From: a virus
Taxonomy: Duplodnaviria; Caudoviricetes
IMG/VR virus record: IMGVR_UViG_3300036783_000180
Span: 32,001-96,000 of that record
Strand: one strand, 5' to 3'
Length of the DNA stretch: 64,000 nucleotides
Shown here: piece by piece, positions 39,563 through 48,082 of the stretch
How the letters are laid out: every line of letters starts with the position of its first letter
How positions within the stretch are numbered: the stretch's first letter is position 1
Program-made: the position numbers and the translations under genes
Notes under the pieces: generated by a model
The model's database searches: none
The model's input: the letters and a program-made list of their open reading frames with translations, nothing else
What the model was told of the DNA's origin: nothing

Positions 39563-42032
39563 CCATATTCACTCCATTCTGTTCTAATGTGTGTTTCACA
39601 CTCTCAGGATTTAATTGACTTTTAGGTTTAGCACCACTTGAGTTGAGAAGCTTTCCGAATACAAACGCATCTACCATTCGTCCAGGGATAGAACCTGCAA
39701 ATGATCTATTGTCAGCGATTGTATCTAAAACTAATGTGTTAAGAAAATCATTTGAAGCTTCTTTGATTTGACCATGTGTATATTCAGCCGCAGACTTTAA
39801 GAATAATCCTTTCGCATTACTCGGAAGACCTGCATGACCTAACAATTCTTTCGCTTCTTTTTCCATATTACCACTAGATAATAATGTAGCAGTTTTTAAA
39901 AGCGCCACTTCATTAGCGTTCAATCCATTTTCAGAAGCGAACTTAGTTAGGAACTCTTCGTTAAATGCGCTGAAATTACCAGAAGGATACACAGACGCTT
40001 CTTTAACTAATTCTTCGAACTCTTGCGCCGCACTCTTTGTAATAGCACTCTTCGCTTTATTAACTGCTTCAGGGAAATCTTTCATAACGACTTTACTTAC
40101 AGGCTTACCTGCAATTACGCCACCTAGTGTAAGCATTCCCGGACGGTCTGCAATGAAGTTTTCAGCATCAGATAAGTTTCTTCCGTTCTCTCGTCTGTTT
40201 TTTTCGAATGCACTAGCACCGTAAACAAGAGGGGCAGTGATACCTAGTAACTTCATTGTGCCTAGTCCACCTGCACGTTTGTTTTGAACGATACGAGCCG
40301 CTTCTTCTTGTTGTAGACGTTTACCTTCTGCAACGCCATTATTATACAATAACGCCTCATTCATACCGTTAAATGGATTAGTGAATGCGGCAGTTTTTTC
40401 TAATTCAGAATCAAGGTATTGCGCCATTTTAATTAATCGTGTTACACGAATTTTAGGACGCATATCTTGATAACTACGGTAAGCGAGTGTGCCTAAAATA
40501 TCACCTAGAGATTTAGGATTAACCATCATGTCGATATCTCGTCTTACATCGCTTCCTCCAACTAATGAATGCCCACCTGTTAGCACCGCAGCTAAACGCG
40601 GAATTAAATAATCAGCACCTTGACTACGAGATTCTAAGAATGGAGACATTTGACTACGAATGACTTTTACTACCTTCGTAGATGGGATATCATCTAAGTC
40701 ATCATGAACATTAATGCCACCCATGAATCCGAATGGATCAGAATTAAAACCTTTCATATCATGAGCAGTGCCATCATATAATTCAGTTAATCCCGATGGA
40801 TCGTTAATGTCAGGTAATTGTTCTGTAGCAAGAGAAGTTACTTTAAATGCTTTCGCTACATCAGACGGGAATACATCTTTGCTATCAGAATCCGATAAAG
40901 ATAATTCAGGTCTGTAATGAGCGTCAGTTAATCCAGAAAGAATCGTATGCAATTCACCTGGGAAGAATTCAATCCCCAATGTTTCTGCAATTACTAAGAA
41001 TGTAGAGAATACTTTATGCTCAGATAAACCTTCTTCTTCAGCTAACGATTTTAGCGTCCCTGCAATGTTCATTAACGATTCATCATCGAAACGTTTTTCT
41101 GTTAAGAATTTAACGATACGTAACATTTCTCCGCCTTTTTCCATATCCTCTTCGGTAGGAATAGAAGAAACGTTTACGATTTTACCTGTTAACTCTTTTT
41201 CTAATTCCGCTAGCTTTTGGAACATAGGGTTTGTGTGAGAAGCCACTTTTTCGATATCCCTTTGAACTAAAGGATGCAGTACTTTATCATGACTAGCCAC
41301 TTTATCCATTTCATAATCACTTAAACGAATGAAGCGAGTTTTTCCGTTTGCAGAAGCTACTTTTTGGAATGCAGTTTTAGATTGACCTTGACCAGAATCA
41401 AAAACAACTAAAGCTTTTGCAACACGCTCAGCGCCATTTAGTACCGCAGAAGAGTCGTGGAATTTCGGCTTGTGGTTAATTTCATAAACTCGTTCTCCAT
41501 TACCTAAGAACTGCATACGGTATTGTCTGATATGGTCACAGAATTCAGTTTGTTTACGAGCTTTATTACCGCAAACAGAGCAGATTGTGTAAGGCACTCG
41601 GCAACCCATAGAAACGTCAGTTAAGTATCCTTTTTCGAAACCACGCACAATTTCAGGAGCGATTTTTTTATCGATACTTTTGAAGATTTCTACACATTTT
41701 AAAACAGGGTTCCAACGAACAGAAATGATTTCACCAATTGCTTGTTCAATCTTTTTGTTTTCGTGGTTTTTAAATACATGACCATCTTTGAAAGTTTCAT
41801 ATGTGTCGATTAATTCACTTTCAGGGAAGTAGTCACCGTTTTTGTTCGGGCCATAATATTCGCCTGCACTGATAATCCGCACCCATAAGTACATGAAATC
41901 AGGATCGAACTCAAAGCCATCAGGTAAATCTACATTTGTACTTGCCACTTTTTCTAAGTGTTCAGCACTTGCTACATTGTACAATTCGTACTCAGAAATT
42001 TGAGAAGGGATTGATTTGTCAAAACCGTTCAC
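39549..42032 (-). CDS. prohead maturation protease with long KxA-rich extension
   Basis: NKNGDYFP, VFKNH, DVSMGC, CSVCG..FCDH, FHDSSAV (HK97/assemblin-like His/Ser protease plus Cys/His cluster); GTG 42032 after AAAGGAG. Confidence 0.75.
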   Translation of the reverse strand: MNGFDKSIPSQISEYELYNVASAEHLEKVASTNVDLPDGFEFDPDFMYLWVRIISAGEYYGPNKNGDYFPESELIDTYETFKDGHVFKNHENKKIEQAIGEIISVRWNPVLKCVEIFKSIDKKIAPEIVRGFEKGYLTDVSMGCRVPYTICSVCGNKARKQTEFCDHIRQYRMQFLGNGERVYEINHKPKFHDSSAVLNGAERVAKALVVFDSGQGQSKTAFQKVASANGKTRFIRLSDYEMDKVASHDKVLHPLVQRDIEKVASHTNPMFQKLAELEKELTGKIVNVSSIPTEEDMEKGGEMLRIVKFLTEKRFDDESLMNIAGTLKSLAEEEGLSEHKVFSTFLVIAETLGIEFFPGELHTILSGLTDAHYRPELSLSDSDSKDVFPSDVAKAFKVTSLATEQLPDINDPSGLTELYDGTAHDMKGFNSDPFGFMGGINVHDDLDDIPSTKVVKVIRSQMSPFLESRSQGADYLIPRLAAVLTGGHSLVGGSDVRRDIDMMVNPKSLGDILGTLAYRSYQDMRPKIRVTRLIKMAQYLDSELEKTAAFTNPFNGMNEALLYNNGVAEGKRLQQEEAARIVQNKRAGGLGTMKLLGITAPLVYGASAFEKNRRENGRNLSDAENFIADRPGMLTLGGVIAGKPVSKVVMKDFPEAVNKAKSAITKSAAQEFEELVKEASVYPSGNFSAFNEEFLTKFASENGLNANEVALLKTATLLSSGNMEKEAKELLGHAGLPSNAKGLFLKSAAEYTHGQIKEASNDFLNTLVLDTIADNRSFAGSIPGRMVDAFVFGKLLNSSGAKPKSQLNPESVKHTLEQNGVNMDAKL

Positions 42033-42063
42033 AGCATTCACTCCTTTATTTTGTTCTAAAAAA

Positions 42064-42072
42064 AGTATAGCA
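42064..42072 (-). promoter_or_regulatory. extended -10 promoter TGCTATACT heading the morphogenesis cluster
   Basis: near-consensus element about 30 bp upstream of protease start. Confidence 0.6.
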
Positions 42073-42189
42073 CACGTTGTATAGCAGGAGAACAAAAGAA
42101 AAACCGCCCCAAAGGGCAGTTCTCATTTTAATCTGAAAAGCAAAAAAATAAAGCCACGCCCCGAAGGGCGCAGCATATGTTTTTTTATC

Positions 42190-42720
42190 TTAGAAAGGTA
42201 AGTCGTCATCAGAAATATCAATTGGTTGACCAACATTCTTAAATGGATCGTCGTTTTGGTTGCTACCTTGATTACCCCATTGTCCACTATTGCCTTGATT
42301 TCCTTGGTTGCCTTGGTTTCCTTGGTTGCCTTGGTTGCCCCATTGGCTACCATTATTACCTTGATTAGAAAATTGACCATTAGCACGTGATTCTGTCGTG
42401 TTACGTGGTTCTAAGAATTGCACACTCTCTGCAAGTACTTCTGTTACATATACACGCTTACCATCTTGACCATCATAGTTACGAGTTTGAAGACGACCAT
42501 CAACTCCTGCTAAACTACCTTTCTTTAGGTAATTAGCTACGTTTTCCGCTTGCTTACGCCAAATTACACAATTAATAAAATCCGCTTCACGTTCACCTTG
42601 TTGATTTGAAAACGGACGATTTACAGCTAATGTAATTGTACAAACTGCTACTCCATTAGGTGTGTAACGTAAATCAGGATCTTTCGTTAAACGCCCTACC
42701 AAAATCACTCTATTCATCAT
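42190..42720 (-). CDS. ssb: single-stranded DNA-binding protein
   Basis: [31 protein letters not shown]; C-terminal DDDLPF. Confidence 0.95.
   Translation of the reverse strand: MMNRVILVGRLTKDPDLRYTPNGVAVCTITLAVNRPFSNQQGEREADFINCVIWRKQAENVANYLKKGSLAGVDGRLQTRNYDGQDGKRVYVTEVLAESVQFLEPRNTTESRANGQFSNQGNNGSQWGNQGNQGNQGNQGNQGNSGQWGNQGSNQNDDPFKNVGQPIDISDDDLPF
42290..42337 (-). repeat. 9-nt tandem repeat encoding (GNQ)n in the SSB linker
   Basis: about 5 copies of GGC/GGA AAC CAA. Confidence 0.7.
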
Positions 42721-42898
42721 AATCAATCTCTCCATTTCGCTTCTTTAGATTTGGGTACTTCTCTTTAAAGTACCTTTCGATTTCTTCTGGTGTCATATAA
42801 TACACCGTCACTTCACTTGGTAAACGATTTGTTTGTTCACCGCGCTTTTCCACACTATAAGGCTTTTTACCATAATGCGTTCTTACTTGTTTTACCAT
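42710..42898 (-). CDS. small hypothetical protein
   Basis: ATG 42898 after GGAGGTG; [12 protein letters not shown]; overlaps ssb start. Confidence 0.7.
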   Translation of the reverse strand: MVKQVRTHYGKKPYSVEKRGEQTNRLPSEVTVYYMTPEEIERYFKEKYPNLKKRNGEIDYDE

Positions 42899-42900
42899 TT

Positions 42901-42959
42901 TTGCCACCTCCATCATTTAGGTTCAATTAATTATTACCATTCAAACGATAGAGGTGCAA
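42901..42959 (-). promoter_or_regulatory. promoter inside SD-occluding hairpin (ssb operon)
   Basis: TTGCACCTCTATCGTTT pairs with AAATGATGGAGGTGGCAA; TTGCAC-17-TAATAA spans arm and loop. Confidence 0.65.
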
Positions 42960-42971
42960 GGAAGTATATCG

Positions 42972-43502
42972 TTATTTCTTACACCAACGATTTATTACAC
43001 CTTCAATAATTTTTACGTTTAACTCTAAATCATCAAGATCGTTATTAGGGATTAACATATCGTAATCGGTGAAGTTAGGGAATATCGCGCCATCATGCTT
43101 CACCCTTTCTCTTGCATGTTCCATGCTTCTCGTTCGAGCCATACGAGAAAAACAAATACGCGAAGGAACTTTTAAGAAAATAACATATAGGTTTCCTCTA
43201 CCTACTGTCGCTCTTAAATCCATTACTCCGTCTGGATCTACAACATACAAATCATTTGCTTCGACTTGTTCCATTGTCGCTCCATATTCATGACCAGCGA
43301 ACTCGGTATATGCAACCAAATCAAGGCGAATCTCTTCAAATTCTTCCTCTGTTACAAAAGTACGACTATCTTCGTCAGGAAAACGTCTTCCGCGTGTAGT
43401 GTAACTTTTTAATACATTGTACCCAAGATTTGTTATCCTATCCTCTAGCTCTGTTTTCCCACTTCCACTCGGTCCAACTAAACAAACAATTTTTCGAGAC
43501 AT
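42972..43502 (-). CDS. gmk: guanylate kinase-like protein
   Basis: GPSGSGKT, SYTTR..R..E, EFAGHEYG, VVDPDG. Confidence 0.85.
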   Translation of the reverse strand: MSRKIVCLVGPSGSGKTELEDRITNLGYNVLKSYTTRGRRFPDEDSRTFVTEEEFEEIRLDLVAYTEFAGHEYGATMEQVEANDLYVVDPDGVMDLRATVGRGNLYVIFLKVPSRICFSRMARTRSMEHARERVKHDGAIFPNFTDYDMLIPNNDLDDLELNVKIIEGVINRWCKK

Positions 43503-43581
43503 ACAAACACCCTTTCTCTATTTATCACTTTGCTTTTAACAATGCAAAAATTAAAATACCATTAAATAAAAATAACGAAGT

Positions 43582-44541
43582 CTAAGCTTCGTTATTTTTT
43601 CGGTATAAGTATAACTCAACATTGCCTAAACCGCGAACTTTATCTGTCCATTCGCCACGAGCACCCTCTACCGCTTCACGTACCATGTACATTTTCGCAT
43701 CCATGTTATCTAAGAAGTGCAAGAATACCGCTTCAGGCATTTGTGGTTTTTTCGGGCTACCCCACTCAGCCTTGTCATGATGACTCACAACTAAGTGCTG
43801 TAATGCTTCTTTTGTATCTTGCGGAGTATTATATTCTATCGATAGTTGTTCAATTAACATAACACCTTGTACGATGTGCCCTAACAACTTTCCGCCACTT
43901 GTATAGTTAGTAACACTACCATGTTCAGCGTCCGTTTCAGTTGTTTTTTCAATGTCGTGCAAGATAACACCTGCATATACTAGGTCTTTATTCAAGAACG
44001 GATATAAAGGTAATAGTGCATCAGCTAAACGTAACATAGATAATTCGTGGAATAATAACCCTCCGTAAATCGCATGGTGCATACCCATTGCAGCGGGATA
44101 TGTTTTTAAATCATGTTGTCGCTTCGTAACAGCTCCTGCCACAATACTACGAATGTTATCATCCTCAATATTTTTACCGAACTCAATCAATTCTTTAAAC
44201 ATATCGTCAATAGGAATTGGTGCTGATTTAATGAAATCAGCGATATTCATTTTACCCTTTGGTGCTGGTTCAATATGAGTGACCTTCAATTGAAGTTTTC
44301 CATCCCATTCATTACCTACACCAACTACACGCACAAATTTGTTTTCTAACATCGCTTTTTCGTTTTGAATTAAAGCAGCATCCCAAACTTTAGCTAAGAT
44401 TTCACCTGTACTATCTTGCAACCAAACATCAAAGTAATCAGTGTTCTTAGTTGTTTTTCCTCGTTCCAAACTCTTAATCATAAAGAATCCGTGAGCTTTT
44501 TGATTTAATTCAATATCTTTAACTTGATAATTCGCTTCCAT
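43582..44541 (-). CDS. yhaM: YhaM/Cbf1-like 3'-5' exoribonuclease (OB + HD)
   Basis: LQDSTGEI.AKVWD OB fold; HHA..GGL..H, LHDIEK, GHI, SHH, DNMDAK. Confidence 0.85.
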   Translation of the reverse strand: MEANYQVKDIELNQKAHGFFMIKSLERGKTTKNTDYFDVWLQDSTGEILAKVWDAALIQNEKAMLENKFVRVVGVGNEWDGKLQLKVTHIEPAPKGKMNIADFIKSAPIPIDDMFKELIEFGKNIEDDNIRSIVAGAVTKRQHDLKTYPAAMGMHHAIYGGLLFHELSMLRLADALLPLYPFLNKDLVYAGVILHDIEKTTETDAEHGSVTNYTSGGKLLGHIVQGVMLIEQLSIEYNTPQDTKEALQHLVVSHHDKAEWGSPKKPQMPEAVFLHFLDNMDAKMYMVREAVEGARGEWTDKVRGLGNVELYLYRKNNEA

Positions 44542-44552
44542 TTGATATCCCT

Positions 44553-44945
44553 CTATTTCTTGTTCTTTTTCTTCTTCTCAATCTTTACAAGTCTTACTGA
44601 TACGCCTTCTTTTTCATCTTCGTATTTATTCTTTTTATATTCATCAAAGCTATATTTACGCTCATCAATTTTCTTCATAATTACTTCCGGCTTAACGTTA
44701 TCCTCAGTAATATTTAATTGTTCCGCAACCGCTTCTTTATCCAATTTAACCGAGCGTCTATATGACTTTTCGATTTTAATATCTTTATCTTCAGTGTATG
44801 GATAGCGAACCACATCATCAGCGCTATCTTTCATTAGTTTTTCGATGATTTGTTTTTCTTGGTCAATTCGTACTCCCAAACTTTTCTTTTCTTCTGTCAT
44901 GTTAATTAATCTCTGAGCATGAAAATGTAATTTATCTTCTCCCAC
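44553..44945 (-). CDS. hypothetical protein
   Basis: GAAAGGGT SD; TAGACC-17-TATGAT promoter upstream. Confidence 0.65.
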   Translation of the reverse strand: MGEDKLHFHAQRLINMTEEKKSLGVRIDQEKQIIEKLMKDSADDVVRYPYTEDKDIKIEKSYRRSVKLDKEAVAEQLNITEDNVKPEVIMKKIDERKYSFDEYKKNKYEDEKEGVSVRLVKIEKKKKNKK

Positions 44946-45056
44946 AAAAACCACCCTTTCAATTCGTCTGTAATTATCATACTATAAAGAAGTTCAAAGG
45001 TCTATAAATTTTTATTCATTTCTAGTTAGAAGGAAAATAGCAGATAAACAAACTCT

Positions 45057-45487
45057 TTTTACGAGGTGCCAACCAATAAAAATTAGGAGGAATGTTTATG
45101 TTAGTTGCAATGACAACGCAAGAATCCACGGCATTTTTAATGCTAGCGGGATTCTTGCTTTCTTTTTATTTCTTAGTGATTAGAAAGGTCAACGCCAATC
45201 CAGTTATAGCAGAAGAGGTAGTAGAGGATATTAATTTCGAACACGCTCGCAAGCATAACGAGAGATTAAAACATCAACGTAAACAGACAGATGATTTAAA
45301 GGTGTCTATTTCCTTTCAGGAGGCTTCGAAAGAACCGACGAACACTATAACACCTATCAAGACTCCTAAGCATAAAATCGAGAACTACACACTTAAAGAG
45401 TACATCCAAGAAACTCGTAGATGCGAACAATTACTTTCATCATTAAGACACACTAGTTGACGTGAGTAAACTTGGCACCTTGTAAAA
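45057..45487 (+). repeat. 16-bp inverted repeats flanking one gene
   Basis: TTTTACGAGGTGCCAA 45057-72 and TTGGCACCTTGTAAAA 45472-87, one GU. Confidence 0.75.
45098..45460 (+). CDS. hypothetical protein with N-terminal TM helix
   Basis: AGGAGG SD; AFLMLAGFLLSFYFLVI. Confidence 0.7.
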   Translation: MLVAMTTQESTAFLMLAGFLLSFYFLVIRKVNANPVIAEEVVEDINFEHARKHNERLKHQRKQTDDLKVSISFQEASKEPTNTITPIKTPKHKIENYTLKEYIQETRRCEQLLSSLRHTS

Positions 45488-45523
45488 TTATCCAACACTT
45501 CTGTCATTGCGGCTAACTCTTAT

Positions 45524-45555
45524 AAACACAAGGCCTTCGGGCCTTGTGTTTTTTT
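45524..45555 (+). terminator. intrinsic terminator
   Basis: AAACACAAGGCC-TTCG-GGCCTTGTGTTT plus T run. Confidence 0.85.
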
Positions 45556-45559
45556 CGTC

Positions 45560-45582
45560 AAAACTTGTTATAAGTAAAGTGA
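45560..45582 (+). promoter_or_regulatory. conserved 23-bp motif, copy 2
   Basis: exact match to copy 1. Confidence 0.8.
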
Positions 45583-45615
45583 AGGAAGAATATAAATGAA
45601 AAAGGAGAATTAGAA

Positions 45616-45840
45616 ATGAACAACACATTAAAGTTAGTAGGAAAAATCGGAGTAGGAATCGTAGGATACGTACTAGGAAGAAAAGTAATAATTAAAAGTG
45701 CAGATTATGCAGGACAAGCAATCATAGATTACATGGATAACAAAACAAAGAAAAGAGCGGAAGAACTAGCAAAGGAACAGGAAGAGTTAATTAAGGAACA
45801 CGAAGAAACAAAAGAAGATAACAAAACAGAAGCAATATAA
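45616..45840 (+). CDS. small protein, hydrophobic N-terminus and charged tail
   Basis: AAAGGAG SD; hairpin 45848-45875 follows. Confidence 0.75.
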   Translation: MNNTLKLVGKIGVGIVGYVLGRKVIIKSADYAGQAIIDYMDNKTKKRAEELAKEQEELIKEHEETKEDNKTEAI

Positions 45841-45921
45841 ATAGCAGTAACACATACGAGGAATCGTGTGTGTTATTTCACTTCCCAATAAATACAATCA
45901 GTAGAGAGAGGATAAAACAAC

Positions 45922-46560
45922 ATGTGTCAAAACCACAAAGAATTATACTTAAAAATGAAGGACGGGGAAAAAGAAACAGAGTTAAGAATCCCTTCATTCG
46001 ACGAACAAAACCAATTAGCAATCATACAAGGAGTATTTAACTTCTTTGATGTTCCTGTAGATTTTAAAGAAATGGCTGAAGTCGATATCAAAACAAGACA
46101 AGCCTATGCATCTTTCTACAACGGAAGACCAACAGAATTCACAGAGATAGGTGAGGATGTCGCATTAACAAAACCTACAACGGAATTCTCTATTAAAACC
46201 GAAGGTACAGAAGAAACATTGATTCAGGAGCAAGACCAGATACAGGAAGCGTACATTATCAAGGAAGAAGAAAAACATATCGAGGAAACAGAAAAGATAC
46301 AGGAAGAAAATGATTACATTATTACAGGAATAAAAACTATAGGCGGAAAGAAACGATATCGTTGTAGATACACTTGTCCGAAATGTGACCACAGATCAAA
46401 TCATTACGTTTTAGAAAACGAAAAAACATTATATTGTTACGAGTGCAAAAAGAAAATGGTTATAAAGACAGCAACTCCAGAGCCTTTTCCAACACAAGAT
46501 AAGTTCGGTAATTTCTTTATTGCAGGAAACAACAAACAAACAGAACCCAAGGAGGAATGA
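45922..46560 (+). CDS. hypothetical Zn-ribbon protein
   Basis: YRCRYTCPKC..CYEC. Confidence 0.7.
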   Translation: MCQNHKELYLKMKDGEKETELRIPSFDEQNQLAIIQGVFNFFDVPVDFKEMAEVDIKTRQAYASFYNGRPTEFTEIGEDVALTKPTTEFSIKTEGTEETLIQEQDQIQEAYIIKEEEKHIEETEKIQEENDYIITGIKTIGGKKRYRCRYTCPKCDHRSNHYVLENEKTLYCYECKKKMVIKTATPEPFPTQDKFGNFFIAGNNKQTEPKEE

Positions 46561-46563
46561 AAG

Positions 46564-46842
46564 ATGGATACATGTTTTTCGAGTCACGCATGGAATCAAT
46601 GTACAGAACGTTCAATTTTACCATTACAAGTTTCAAAGGCGATTAGTTCTTTGCAACGGAAATTAAGAGAATTAAACCCTAATGAAGAGTGTATGATAAT
46701 AGATCGGGATTCCGAAGCAAGTTATGTGTGTGCGGTTCAAGATACTGATACACCAGATAAGAAACAAGCTGTTGTAATTACAGTTATCGATAAGAAAGAA
46801 CCATTCGTAAAACATGGAACCAAGGTTCTGTATTGTGAATAA
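46564..46842 (+). CDS. DUF4258-like small protein
   Basis: FSSHA..QC.ER.I N-terminus and VVITV C-terminus. Confidence 0.55.
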   Translation: MDTCFSSHAWNQCTERSILPLQVSKAISSLQRKLRELNPNEECMIIDRDSEASYVCAVQDTDTPDKKQAVVITVIDKKEPFVKHGTKVLYCE

Positions 46843-46878
46843 TAAAAGAGTAGCCCTTCGGGGGGCTACTCTTTTATT
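46841..46878. terminator. bidirectional terminator
   Basis: AATAAAAGAGTAGCCC-loop-GGGCTACTCTTTTATT between convergent genes. Confidence 0.85.
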
Positions 46879-47842
46879 TATTTCGTTTCATTTCTTCAGC
46901 TATTTTAATCAAACCAAAACTAATTTCATTCGCTTGTTGATTAAATCCCGGTTCCATTTGCGGAGGAACGTAAGGTGTAGGCATTTGAGGTTGTGGCATA
47001 TTATCCAACAATTGTTGGTCTTTCTTTTGTTGTTGCTCTTGCATCGCTTGTTGCGTACCAACTCCAACCAATCCGATGCCAGCAGTACCACGAGCCAGTC
47101 GTTGGTCCATTGTTTTTTGTTTTAAATTCTTCTCAGCAGCACGAACTTGATCATTGATTTTATTTGTAGTGTCCGATATTTTTTGACTCTCCTGTGTCAT
47201 ACGAAGAGTCTTTTCAGAAGAACGCCAGTTAGGATCTAACTTGTGAGCTGTATCGTAATAAGACCTTTGCGCTGCATCGAAACTCTTCACACCTTGTTGA
47301 TGTGTCGCACTAATATTTTTAATGTTAGCCAGTTCTTGCGTAGCCTTCTTTTTTCCTGTCCCTAATAGTCCAGCACCAAAACGTTTACCAACGTTAAGAA
47401 GACCACTTACAAAGGCTTTCTTAGGCATACCAACATTCAGTTTCTTTTCGTGCATTTCTTTATCCCAAGGACCATTCTTTTCAGTCACTTCACCAACGTA
47501 AGCTTTAATAGAATCTTCCCCTGCATGTTTGAATCCTAGTGTCCGGTGATAACCATCAGCTATTTTCAAAGTACCGTCAGGTAACTTAGTTAACACGACA
47601 GGTTCCATCGGTTTTCCATCTTTAACCGCTTGAGCAATACCTTTTACTTTATCCATTTCCCTAGCGCCACCCGGACGTTTTGCCATCTTAATATCAGCTA
47701 GAGGAACTGACTTTTGCAACGACCATTTTGCATCTTTTACCCATTGCAAACAATCAGTTGGATAATTCTCTTTCAAATAATCAAATACAGTTTGTGTTAT
47801 TTTCTGTTTTTGTTCTTCTGCAATCTTAATTAAACTCATCAT
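46874..47842 (-). CDS. ParB/Srx-domain protein carrying KxA motifs (putative virion cargo)
   Basis: EPVVL..IADGYHR; LIKIAEE at both termini; start after GAGGTG. Confidence 0.7.
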   Translation of the reverse strand: MMSLIKIAEEQKQKITQTVFDYLKENYPTDCLQWVKDAKWSLQKSVPLADIKMAKRPGGAREMDKVKGIAQAVKDGKPMEPVVLTKLPDGTLKIADGYHRTLGFKHAGEDSIKAYVGEVTEKNGPWDKEMHEKKLNVGMPKKAFVSGLLNVGKRFGAGLLGTGKKKATQELANIKNISATHQQGVKSFDAAQRSYYDTAHKLDPNWRSSEKTLRMTQESQKISDTTNKINDQVRAAEKNLKQKTMDQRLARGTAGIGLVGVGTQQAMQEQQQKKDQQLLDNMPQPQMPTPYVPPQMEPGFNQQANEISFGLIKIAEEMKRNK

Positions 47843-47849
47843 CCACACC

Positions 47850-47993
47850 TCACTTAGATGGCACAACGACTGCATCTTTGTTAGCAGCAGCTATTTTTTG
47901 AGCTTCAACAAGCGGTAAGAATGATTCAATAACTTTCCCCTCTTTTACAACCTCATACATTTCTTGTTCTACTCCGTATTTCTCCATAGCCAT
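47850..47993 (-). CDS. 47-aa protein MAMEKYGVEQEMYEVVKEG... (not in ORF track)
   Basis: GAAAGGGTG SD; TGTTATACT at 48027-35; stop overlaps SD of next gene. Confidence 0.7.
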   Translation of the reverse strand: MAMEKYGVEQEMYEVVKEGKVIESFLPLVEAQKIAAANKDAVVVPSK

Positions 47994-48045
47994 ATAAAAC
48001 ACCCTTTCTGTTAATGATTTATTTAAAGTATAACAGACACACGTT

Positions 48046-48068
48046 AAAAATAGTTATAAGTAAAATGA
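48046..48068 (+). promoter_or_regulatory. conserved motif, copy 3 (3 mismatches)
   Basis: AAAAATAGTTATAAGTAAAATGA. Confidence 0.65.
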
Positions 48069-48082
48069 AAGGAGGGGAGAAT

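Noticed and set aside
42123-42386. 87-aa ORF with ATK repeats
   Set aside because: Alternate-frame read of the ssb GNQ repeat; no SD
46874-47842. Conventional plasmid partition ParB
   Set aside because: No HTH, no adjacent parA or parS; carries head-type KxA tags and a late-type promoter
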